Shown here one piece after another: positions 31,785-40,571 of a stretch of 64,000 bases of DNA. Both the position numbers and the translations under genes were made by a program. The DNA is from Eubacteriales bacterium (GTDB lineage Bacteria; Bacillota; Clostridia; Oscillospirales; JAAYXM01). The notes under the pieces are model-generated. The model did no database searches and had not been told where the DNA came from. It saw nothing but the letters and a program-made list of their open reading frames with translations. The stretch spans positions 10,679-74,678 of the forward strand of contig JAZTYJ010000025.1 in the NCBI GenBank assembly GCA_045636865.1, read 5' to 3'. How positions within the stretch are numbered: the stretch's first letter is position 1; each line of letters begins with the position of its first letter.

Positions 31785-32456
31785 TTATCCGTGATATTCA
31801 CCATTGTACTGAATGAGCGTGACATCCTCTACACCCTCAACAGCCCGAATTTTCTCAAGAATGAATGTATCGTTATTCTTGCAGTAAACCTCAACTGCCA
31901 TCTCAACAACATCTTTTCTGACAGTTTTTGATTTAATGAAATACTTCATCTTGCCAAACGCGCGAATGATGTTATCTCCTGCTTCATCTGTAACATAATG
32001 AATAACCGCTATGTAAATTCTTCCTTTGAGCTGGTGCTTGTTGAAGATTATTATTATGAGCACCATAACAACAGCGGCAATAAGCACGAGCAGGTACATA
32101 TTTGCGCCCGCTGCGATACCGGATGTTATCGCCCAGAAAAGATAAAGAAGGTCAAGCGGATCCTTTACCGCAGTTCTGAAGCGGACGATCGAAAGAGCAC
32201 CGACCATACCAAGAGATATTACGACATTCGTACTGATTGCAAGTGTTATGACCGCTGTCATAATCGTCATACCGATAAGCGTTACAGCAAAGCTTTTTGA
32301 ATAAATAACACCTGTGTAGAACTTCTGATAAGTCAGGTATATAACCGCACCGATTATAATGGCGGTTATAAGACCAAGCGCAATATTTGTAAGGCTTAAT
32401 CCGTCAAATGCACCCGACTCCAGTATTGATTTTTTTATAACATCCTGAACACTCAT
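31785..32456 (-). CDS. DUF4956-family membrane protein
   Basis: 223 aa: 4-5 N-terminal TM helices (FRTAVKDPLDLLYLFWAI) plus a soluble C-terminal domain. Sits in the usual VTC/CotH neighbourhood. Confidence 0.65.
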   Translation of the reverse strand: MSVQDVIKKSILESGAFDGLSLTNIALGLITAIIIGAVIYLTYQKFYTGVIYSKSFAVTLIGMTIMTAVITLAISTNVVISLGMVGALSIVRFRTAVKDPLDLLYLFWAITSGIAAGANMYLLVLIAAVVMVLIIIIFNKHQLKGRIYIAVIHYVTDEAGDNIIRAFGKMKYFIKSKTVRKDVVEMAVEVYCKNNDTFILEKIRAVEGVEDVTLIQYNGEYHG

Positions 32457-32469
32457 TTTTTATCTCTCC

Positions 32470-33192
32470 TCAATTTTCATACCAGTATTTTGTGAACGCA
32501 TTCATATATTCGGTCTTCTCATAGCAGAGAACATATTTTGATACTGCTGTAAACTCCGAGGCGCGGTCTGGGAGTATCTCACGGACACCCTGTGGAAGAA
32601 ACTCCGTGAACTTGACCTCCATAACGCACTTCCCCGGTTCAAGCACAGGAAGCGTCGGGAGTGTCGCATCAAATATGTCGAAACTTCCGACTGCGGCGCG
32701 GACATCCATATCAAAGGTTATTCTTACAGTACCCTCATCGGCTATCCATGGCTCGCGGTCGTAATCTACTGTTACTCTCGGCCGCATAACATTCGATACA
32801 CACTCAAAATAGAATTCATTCAAAAGACTTTTGTCACTCTCCAGCAGGAAACCGTAATCTCCGTCTAAAATCTTATAAACCTCGTCGCGTGTAAGCGATG
32901 CCGCTTCTTTGAATATATAGCTTCCGTACTTTTTCTTTCTCTCAAGCTTGATGCTTGAATCAGAACAGTTATAGATTCGGATGCGGTATTTTTTTCGCTG
33001 CAGGAATCCGCCTTCCTTTTCTTCGTAGGCAGTATCGTAATAATCGTCAAAATAGAGACTCCGTATCATATATCCGCCGTTTTTTGCATGTTTATCAAGC
33101 GTAAGATACGGTGAAAGTCGTCTGCATATTACCTCTTTCTGAGCAGTATCAATAAGATACTTCCACTCGTTTCTGTATCGCTCAGCCTTCAT
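32470..33192 (-). CDS. VTC-domain protein (polyphosphate-polymerase-like triphosphate tunnel fold)
   Basis: MKAERYRNEWKYLI...YMIRSLYFDD...KYRIRIY...MEVKF are alternating charged beta-strands typical of CYTH/VTC tunnels. ATG 33192 overlaps the cotH stop by 11 nt and has a GGAGGA RBS. Confidence 0.65.
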   Translation of the reverse strand: MKAERYRNEWKYLIDTAQKEVICRRLSPYLTLDKHAKNGGYMIRSLYFDDYYDTAYEEKEGGFLQRKKYRIRIYNCSDSSIKLERKKKYGSYIFKEAASLTRDEVYKILDGDYGFLLESDKSLLNEFYFECVSNVMRPRVTVDYDREPWIADEGTVRITFDMDVRAAVGSFDIFDATLPTLPVLEPGKCVMEVKFTEFLPQGVREILPDRASEFTAVSKYVLCYEKTEYMNAFTKYWYEN

Positions 33193-34945
33193 ATGCATCC
33201 TCCACGACATTGCCGTCTGCATCTATATAGAAGCACTTTGTACCGTATTTCTTTCCGCCGTCGATATAGTAATAGTCAAAGGCGGTCTGGGTGTATCCGC
33301 TCTTGTTCGTCGCCGTTACTCTTACGAAGTACTGGCCTCGCGGAAGCATATCTATTTCAGTAGTCGGGAGCGGAACATCCTGCTTATCAAGTATGAGATT
33401 CCTGAAGTCGTAATCTCTTGCAACCTGTATGTCATAAGTAATCGGCTCAGCATCAAAATCAAACGAACTCTGGCTTGAGATTATAAGCTTATCACCTTTT
33501 TTTCTCGGTGCGTCAATAAAAAACGGCATCGGCTTTTCAAATGACGCCTTATAGAGGTTGTAGTTCAAATCAATCTCTGACGAAAGTCCCGCTACAACTC
33601 TGTCATACTGCGCAGATGTAAGCGGAAGATGAAGAATGTCGGGGTAAGAATAGACATACGGTTTTACAATAGAGGCATATCGCTTTGACATACTGTCTAT
33701 TTTCGATTTTGTAAGGTAATTTGCTTTAAGATCTTCTATTGCAGCATCAAGCGCCTTTCTGTATTTTTCGCTCTTGAGCGCTCTCTGGAACAGAACATTG
33801 CCCCAGTAGTTGCTGACGCCCGTTTCCCACTCTGCATAAGAAACTCTGTTCATCTCGGAATACTCGGTTTTGTTCAACATACCGTCGTTATCCCATGATA
33901 TAAAGTACCACTTATCAAGATTGAGCGGACTGTATATGTAAACATTTCGGCTCTGAGTATCAGCATTTCCCGTAAGAATATGGAACGCCATCCAGTAGCT
34001 TAAGTTTTCGATATCAAAATACTTATCAAGAACTTCATCAACAGGCTTTGAGAAATCGTTTACTTCCTCAAGCATTTTTATAAGCTTTCCATGGTCATCG
34101 CTGCCCTTTGTTTCTATAAGTTCTTCAAACGCCGCCTCGTCGAATGTCGAGTCTTCCTTCATTTTGATTATATCTTCGTATCTGTAAAACTCAAATACAT
34201 TTATCTTGTAAAGATGAGCGTTTGCATCAAGTCCATGAACCTTGAGTGCCTTTTTGTTCAGCTGTTCAACATAGGTGTAGATACCGTAATCGGTAAATTC
34301 ATTGTTGCCACCCTTCGTTGTATCCTTTACATAAAGATGGACAAACTTTGTGCGAAGTCCCATCATCTGCGGAATCTCCGAAATAAGGTCATAAGCCATC
34401 TTGTTGCGGAAACGGAGACCTTCGTTGACATGCTTATTGAGCGGAATGGAGGTATTCCCCATCCACATACCTTTATTGTCCTTAAGGCTTATCTTATAGT
34501 TCTTCACAGACTGGCGGCTCGACGTCTGACCTCGGATCTGTATTGTGCAGTTCGGCGAGACCTGCCCGTAACCAAGCTTTCCGGGAAGCGGACCTGACTC
34601 GTCTCCAATCTGCAAAAGACCCTCTACCTTATATCTTTCAACTCCCATATCCTCATAATCGAATACGGAATATGTGTTTATCTCACTCCAGGTGTGGTTC
34701 GTTTTTTCGCCATCGTTGCCTTCAGAAACGGTAAGATACATTGTTACAACATCTTCAGGCTTATCGACCGCGTACAAATCAGGCTTATCGCGAAGCTTAT
34801 ATTTTTCATTGTACTCAAGATCAGGCACATAAACACTTTCCGTGTTTTCGGGAAGCGCCTCCTCCTGCGGCAGAACTTCGGCGCAGCCTGATAAAAGGAT
34901 GCCGAGTATTATCACCAAAGGGATTATTCTGAACGTCTTTTTCAT
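33182..34945 (-). CDS. CotH-family kinase-like lipoprotein
   Basis: Lipobox LLSGC at the N-terminus, then a CotH-type core (...NKHVNEGLRFRNKMAYDL...YWMAFHILTGNADTQSRNVYIY...WYFISWDNDG). Its start overlaps the pelG stop (ATGA). Confidence 0.7.
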   Translation of the reverse strand: MKKTFRIIPLVIILGILLSGCAEVLPQEEALPENTESVYVPDLEYNEKYKLRDKPDLYAVDKPEDVVTMYLTVSEGNDGEKTNHTWSEINTYSVFDYEDMGVERYKVEGLLQIGDESGPLPGKLGYGQVSPNCTIQIRGQTSSRQSVKNYKISLKDNKGMWMGNTSIPLNKHVNEGLRFRNKMAYDLISEIPQMMGLRTKFVHLYVKDTTKGGNNEFTDYGIYTYVEQLNKKALKVHGLDANAHLYKINVFEFYRYEDIIKMKEDSTFDEAAFEELIETKGSDDHGKLIKMLEEVNDFSKPVDEVLDKYFDIENLSYWMAFHILTGNADTQSRNVYIYSPLNLDKWYFISWDNDGMLNKTEYSEMNRVSYAEWETGVSNYWGNVLFQRALKSEKYRKALDAAIEDLKANYLTKSKIDSMSKRYASIVKPYVYSYPDILHLPLTSAQYDRVVAGLSSEIDLNYNLYKASFEKPMPFFIDAPRKKGDKLIISSQSSFDFDAEPITYDIQVARDYDFRNLILDKQDVPLPTTEIDMLPRGQYFVRVTATNKSGYTQTAFDYYYIDGGKKYGTKCFYIDADGNVVEDAYEG

Positions 34946-36402
34946 TTCTTATCTTCCTCCAGCACATCTTCAAGAAATACTTTCATTTTTCGGAATACTC
35001 CTGATTTGTCCTCGCTTACAAGCGGTTGAACTGCAAGTATATAATACGGCAGGCGTTTCGTAAAATAATCGAGCCTGAGAGTCGCAACTATCAGAAACGC
35101 CATTGATGCAAGAAGGAACCCGAAGCCGTAATAAACCTGTGGCAGGAACAGCGATATCACCGAGAATACAACCGAGCATACCGCAAAGATTCCTGTTGCA
35201 AAAAATGCGCCTTTATAGTCAGTAAAATACAAAAGCATAAGCATTGTCATATTGCCGATGGCGTAAAGCCCATATCCTACACAGAGGGTTCTGAAATATC
35301 CTCTCATCATCTCATTGAATCCAAGCGGCAGGATATCGAGCAAAAATCCACCTGCGGCGATGAAGATAGCCGTACAGAGAAGCTGTTTTATGGCAGTATA
35401 GAGTGTTTCTGTCTTTAGTGTATCAAGCATCTCCTTCTCTGCCTGAAGAATATCTTTCACCGTACCTTTATCGTTATATAAGCTGTAATGGTTACGATAC
35501 TTTCCGTAGAAATTCACTTCAACCGATACAACAAAGTTTACCGTTGTTATAAGCGTTGTCATAAACGCCAGAAGTGCCGGCACATCGTGTTCAGGTGCGC
35601 CGTAGAAAAGCCCGTGAACCTTTACACCTACTTTTGAAAACCACATTATGACAAGATGTGCAAACATTCCGATATTCACAAAGAAACCCGCCAGCGTCAG
35701 ATGCAGATATTCATCCACCCACTCAAGGAAAACAAATGCTCCGACATCAGATTTCGGGAAATACTTATGCAGAAGCACAAGATTCCAGATAACCATAACG
35801 CCGTAGCCCACCGTTATGGAAAGAAGAAGCATCTCTATTACATACGATTTGAAAATAAGAGTCAGAATAAAACCGAGCACGAATATTACAAGTATCGCAG
35901 TAAGATACGAAAGAAAGATTCCTTTATAATCTTTTATTGCAGTCAGATAGCTCATCGCATTCCACACGATTATCATTTCATTGAAGAATATGAACATAAG
36001 AACCGAGCACATAAGATTTGCGCCTGAAAACGCGAGAAAGATCGTCCACAGCACACTTCCTACGGTCATCATAAGTGCGCTGCTTCCCCAGAATGACGGA
36101 AGGACTGCGCTCTTTTTCTCTTCATAGAGCATATCTGCAGTAAATCGCGTTATGGTCATTGAGAAGAAGGAGGTAACGGTAATTGATGCAAGCAGAGTAT
36201 AGGTTATCATACATATCAGAAGCTCTCTTGTTGCGGTTTCGACCCCCGCTCTTGCGCAAAGGAACATTATACCGAGCAGCAGAATGACTCCCAGAAGCAT
36301 CGGTCCCGAACAGATAACCGTAGCATAACCGTATGCTTTGACTGAGTTTAAGATTCCCTTTTTCTGAAAGAGCTTTCTGAGTTCAAACCCTATGCCTGCC
36401 AA
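34942..36402 (-). CDS. pelG: Pel exopolysaccharide export/flippase-like protein PelG
   Basis: MAGIGFELRKLFQKKGILNSVKAYGYA... is the hallmark PelG N-terminus, followed by ~12 TM segments. Confidence 0.8.
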   Translation of the reverse strand: MAGIGFELRKLFQKKGILNSVKAYGYATVICSGPMLLGVILLLGIMFLCARAGVETATRELLICMITYTLLASITVTSFFSMTITRFTADMLYEEKKSAVLPSFWGSSALMMTVGSVLWTIFLAFSGANLMCSVLMFIFFNEMIIVWNAMSYLTAIKDYKGIFLSYLTAILVIFVLGFILTLIFKSYVIEMLLLSITVGYGVMVIWNLVLLHKYFPKSDVGAFVFLEWVDEYLHLTLAGFFVNIGMFAHLVIMWFSKVGVKVHGLFYGAPEHDVPALLAFMTTLITTVNFVVSVEVNFYGKYRNHYSLYNDKGTVKDILQAEKEMLDTLKTETLYTAIKQLLCTAIFIAAGGFLLDILPLGFNEMMRGYFRTLCVGYGLYAIGNMTMLMLLYFTDYKGAFFATGIFAVCSVVFSVISLFLPQVYYGFGFLLASMAFLIVATLRLDYFTKRLPYYILAVQPLVSEDKSGVFRKMKVFLEDVLEEDKK

Positions 36403-37817
36403 CCTTCTTCAACCTCCTTATAAAGATTTCTGTATTTTCCGAGCATTATCGGATATCTGTAATGCTCGTATGCTCTCTTTTTTCCTATTTCGCCCATCGT
36501 GAGCCTTAACTCACGCGACTCGCACATAATTTCCATCTTGTCAGCGAGCTGTTCTCTCTGCATAGGCGGTACACAGTATCCTGCAACACCGAAGGTATCA
36601 CCAGGACTTCCTTCGAGAAGCTCACGGCAGCAGCCCACTTCTGTAGTTACGCACGGTCTTCCTGCTGCAAACGACTCAAGTACCGACAGAGGCTGTCCTT
36701 CGGAGATGCTTGTAAGTATCGTAAAGTCAAGCTTCTCAAAATACTCAACAACATTTACTCTTCCCGGCATTATAACCTTATCGTCTATGCCAAGCTGGGT
36801 GATGAGGTCGCGGCATTCCTGCGCGTACTCTTCATCATCAACGCCTCCCATTATGTGAAGCCTTACATTATCCATTCGCGTTGAGAGTTCAAAGAATGAA
36901 TATATCATAGTTTTAATATCCTTAATTGGTGCAAATCGTACAACAGCACCGATATCAACATATCCGTCGTCTTCCTTTATCGGGATATCACAGAATCTCT
37001 CGTAACTTATTCCGTTTTCTATAACATAACATTTTTCTCTCGGACATCCCATTTCAACCTGAGTTTCCCTTGCTCGTGTAAAGAGCGAGGTTACGCGGAA
37101 AGCCCGGTCATATATGAGATCTGAAAGCATATAGAAGAACTTTACCCATTGCCCCTTGAACGCCTTTCCAACCCATTTCGCACGAATTATTTCTTCTTCT
37201 CTTTCGCGGGTATATATACCATGTTCTGTAAGTAAAACGGGTTTATTCTTTATATAGCCGCCAAGGCACGCAAGAAGACCTCCATATCCCGTTGAAATAG
37301 CATGGTAACAGTCTGCCTCCGGAATTTCGCTACCCATAAGGTACAGAACAGGCAAAAGCCTTGATCGAACCGAATGGAATGCATCCGAAAAGGCGGTATA
37401 CGGAAATTCTGTCTGGCAAATTTCTATGAGAGTTTTCAAAAAGTGTTCACTTTTCAAATAACTCATCGGGTTTATCTTCTTTTTATGGTACATATCAAAG
37501 AGAAGTTCCCAGTCAGGCTTATCAGAAAATACAAGTCTTCTGAGCGCTTCGTTTTCTTTCTCCGAGAAGGTATGGTTAAACACCTTGTTTGGTTTAACTC
37601 TCAAGGCGTCATCAAGAAACACCTGCTTCACTTCCACAACATTCGGCGGAAGCTTATATACGAACTTGTCCTTGTCCTCAGCTTTTGCGCCTATAACCCA
37701 AAGAACAAATTCGTGCTCAGGCATCTCTGTTATATACTGATGTGCCCAGGTGGACACACCGCCGTTTATGTAGGGGTAGCACCCCTCAAGCACCATACAA
37801 ATTCTCATTGTTTTCAC
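36390..37817 (-). CDS. pelF: GT4 glycosyltransferase PelF
   Basis: MRICMVLEGCYPYINGGVSTWAHQYI (DUF3492/PelF N-terminus). C-terminal GT1/GT4 motif SISEGQPLSVLESFAAGRPCVTTEVG. Confidence 0.8.
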   Translation of the reverse strand: MKTMRICMVLEGCYPYINGGVSTWAHQYITEMPEHEFVLWVIGAKAEDKDKFVYKLPPNVVEVKQVFLDDALRVKPNKVFNHTFSEKENEALRRLVFSDKPDWELLFDMYHKKKINPMSYLKSEHFLKTLIEICQTEFPYTAFSDAFHSVRSRLLPVLYLMGSEIPEADCYHAISTGYGGLLACLGGYIKNKPVLLTEHGIYTREREEEIIRAKWVGKAFKGQWVKFFYMLSDLIYDRAFRVTSLFTRARETQVEMGCPREKCYVIENGISYERFCDIPIKEDDGYVDIGAVVRFAPIKDIKTMIYSFFELSTRMDNVRLHIMGGVDDEEYAQECRDLITQLGIDDKVIMPGRVNVVEYFEKLDFTILTSISEGQPLSVLESFAAGRPCVTTEVGCCRELLEGSPGDTFGVAGYCVPPMQREQLADKMEIMCESRELRLTMGEIGKKRAYEHYRYPIMLGKYRNLYKEVEEGWQA

Positions 37818-37822
37818 CAGAA

Positions 37823-39682
37823 TTATTTTAAATTGATTGTAACCGTTTCTTTTTCTGCGCGAAGGAGATACAGATTCCCCGTGAGGTGGGTAAGACTGCC
37901 GCCGTCAACGCTTTCATATTCTCCCTCATTGAAGCGAACAAAGAAATATCCCTCATCGTAGAAGTTTCCGATTTTCAGAACGAGTTCATCTTCCGTTCTT
38001 TCTTTTTCAACATTGATTGCCGCATATCTCTGCACCGCAGCCGATGTCTCAGACCCTGTAAGGTTTCTGATCATCGGAGCCGAGGTATAGAGATAATCAA
38101 GATATTCACCAAAGCTTTTCGAAAGACTTCTCCACCCCTTTTCCGCACCTCGCTCCGGGTCAAGCGCATCGTCAGGGTGCGTAAAGTGACTGTTTATAAA
38201 ATGCATATTAAGCTCTGAAACAAGTGCAAGCTCCATAAACGGAGTAAGCTCACAGCCCGAAATAACTCGTGGCTGATGCACTCTTCCATCAGGCAAAACC
38301 TCAAACTCCTGCACACAGCCGAACTTAAAATCGCCGTCAGGAAAATAGATTCCCGATATCGTCTTTATATGTGGATATGTATCAAGCAGAAAAGACTCTC
38401 CAACACTTGACATAATGTTTGAAGGTGGAACATAAAGCGATACATCAACACCCGGGAAAAGTCTGTCGCAAAGGTCAACAAGCGAATCAAACGCGCTCTT
38501 CATCGCCCTCTCACTTTCCCATGTTTTATAATCGTACAATCCCTCGTAGTCGCACTCACTCATACAAAGCGGCTGATGGTTATAACCATGATATCCGACC
38601 TCACCACCCTGACGGAGAAGCATATTTCCAAAATTCAGGAATGTTCCCTCATCCGGCTCCGACGGGGTTGTTCCGTCAACCTCATCGTCATAGCCCGTGA
38701 TTGCAAGCCCTGTGTATTTCATGCCGTACTTATCGGCAAAGTCCATCATTGCAGGCCACCAGATATTGACATAAAAGTCTCTTGTTGTTGCACCGAAATC
38801 ACGCATTATATATTCGTTACTTCCCTGCGGAATCTGCGACGGGAAGTCGTCGAGATAGAATGTTGACGCATTTATAACGGGGTAAACGAACACATCATCC
38901 ATAAGACTTAAGGCTGCCGCGTAGAATCCTCGCGTAACCCTTTCGCAAAGGCCTGTGTTATTTACAACAAACTTGCCTTTTCCGTATTCCGTTTCCCATA
39001 TAAGCGGTGCGCGACTTTCATTATCAACCCAGGCATGAATCTTCGCTCTGTTCTCGTCAAGGCGAACAGCCCATACCGAATCGTAGCCGTCTTCAACAAT
39101 AAAACTTCTGCCTCCGCCTACCATAAAACCATCTTCAATATAAATGCCTTCAAGATGTGCATTCTCCCAGGAAGCTTCAAGGATGCCGAGTGCACCCTCA
39201 AGCACGGATACATATATGTCTCTCTTAAGCGTAAGCGCAAACATTACAGCGCCACCGTCATATACCCAATCCCGCAATGTAATAATATTTTCGCCGACAG
39301 GTTCAAGATCAGTCAAAAGCACAATCACCTTATCGTACTTTGACAAATCAGGGAAGGCGTTTTCCGACAAATCGCAAGCATCACACCCTACCTTCATATC
39401 AGAGAGTATTGTCGGAAATTCATCGAGCGCATCGCGACTTTCAGGCTGTGTTGCATCAAACAGAACAAGTGTATTTTTCTCAATCCACTCGTTTGCCTCA
39501 CGCTTTGTGACAACACTTTCCTCTTCCATAAACCCGAGCGAGTTTTTATTGTAATTGTACTGTATTCCGCTTCGCTCAACAAAAAGAACAACTGCCATAA
39601 GCGCAAACATCAGCGCAACTACCAGCATACCGTTATATCTGAATTTAAGAAACCGTTCTTTTAGTTCTTTTAATTTTTCCAA
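37823..39682 (-). CDS. DUF2194 protein (Gram-positive PelA deacetylase-type, PelA_DA-like)
   Basis: N-terminal TM, then a large extracytoplasmic domain with a CE4-like HGYNHQP motif. Its position between the pelE-like gene and pelF matches the Gram-positive pelDEA(DA)FG order. Confidence 0.6.
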   Translation of the reverse strand: MEKLKELKERFLKFRYNGMLVVALMFALMAVVLFVERSGIQYNYNKNSLGFMEEESVVTKREANEWIEKNTLVLFDATQPESRDALDEFPTILSDMKVGCDACDLSENAFPDLSKYDKVIVLLTDLEPVGENIITLRDWVYDGGAVMFALTLKRDIYVSVLEGALGILEASWENAHLEGIYIEDGFMVGGGRSFIVEDGYDSVWAVRLDENRAKIHAWVDNESRAPLIWETEYGKGKFVVNNTGLCERVTRGFYAAALSLMDDVFVYPVINASTFYLDDFPSQIPQGSNEYIMRDFGATTRDFYVNIWWPAMMDFADKYGMKYTGLAITGYDDEVDGTTPSEPDEGTFLNFGNMLLRQGGEVGYHGYNHQPLCMSECDYEGLYDYKTWESERAMKSAFDSLVDLCDRLFPGVDVSLYVPPSNIMSSVGESFLLDTYPHIKTISGIYFPDGDFKFGCVQEFEVLPDGRVHQPRVISGCELTPFMELALVSELNMHFINSHFTHPDDALDPERGAEKGWRSLSKSFGEYLDYLYTSAPMIRNLTGSETSAAVQRYAAINVEKERTEDELVLKIGNFYDEGYFFVRFNEGEYESVDGGSLTHLTGNLYLLRAEKETVTINLK

Positions 39683-40557
39683 AATGCTATAGCCTCCTTA
39701 ACCCGTCTGGAAACAAACATTTTCTTGGACTGTATATCAGAAATCAATTCTCTTATCTTATCAGCCATCTTCATCTGGGAATAGTATTTGAGCTTGAGCA
39801 GTATTATTTCCTCAAAGTCACCGTACAATTCATCTGCCTTGGCAAGTATCTTCCCTGCCGTGCCGTAATTTTCAAGAGCAAATTCATTTTCGAAGTAATT
39901 TATGTAATCTTCCATCGTCTCCACACTTTTTAGCTTCTTTGAGACGAGCTGTGAATAGAGGTTTCTGTTCATTATCTCAACCTGACCCGAAAGGAGCTTC
40001 TGCTCGAGCACTAACCACAGAAAGTCACAGTAGCCGGAATGAACATCAATATCATCAGGGTTTTCTGCATATTCGCGGCTGAGTTCCCGGAGTTTCTCAT
40101 CGTTTTCCTTTGAGATTTCCACCATCGCAGTAACAGCATAATGGACAACTTCGGGGTCTTTGTTATTTCCCGCTTTCTGCAGAAATTCGACATATTCCGC
40201 CGGATTGTCATTCAACACATCCATTATTATCTCGCGGCGAACCTTCGGCGAATTTATGATAAGCGCCTCTTCGATTGCAACAAGTGCATCGTCATTTTTC
40301 TTTTCTTCAACTGCAATTCCTTTGTAAAGCGCAGAGTCAAGCTTCATTTTCTGCACACCGACGGCAATGGTGTCGTCTTTTTCAAATACTACCTGGAAGT
40401 GCAAGAACATAACCGCCATAAATCCCCAGAACGGAAGGCACAGCACCACGAAAAACATATATTTATGGACTTTTAAAAACTTGAAATGAGTTCCTAAGAA
40501 TGTAAAAATGCACAAAAGGATATGTATAAAAATCAAAACAACAGCCAAATGATTCAT
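39670..40557 (-). CDS. PelE-like membrane/TPR-like protein
   Basis: Two N-terminal TM helices plus a helical-repeat C-terminus. Called by position between pelD and pelA(DA); sequence-level assignment is weak. Confidence 0.45.
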   Translation of the reverse strand: MNHLAVVLIFIHILLCIFTFLGTHFKFLKVHKYMFFVVLCLPFWGFMAVMFLHFQVVFEKDDTIAVGVQKMKLDSALYKGIAVEEKKNDDALVAIEEALIINSPKVRREIIMDVLNDNPAEYVEFLQKAGNNKDPEVVHYAVTAMVEISKENDEKLRELSREYAENPDDIDVHSGYCDFLWLVLEQKLLSGQVEIMNRNLYSQLVSKKLKSVETMEDYINYFENEFALENYGTAGKILAKADELYGDFEEIILLKLKYYSQMKMADKIRELISDIQSKKMFVSRRVKEAIAFWKN

Positions 40558-40571
40558 ACATATCCCTCCTT

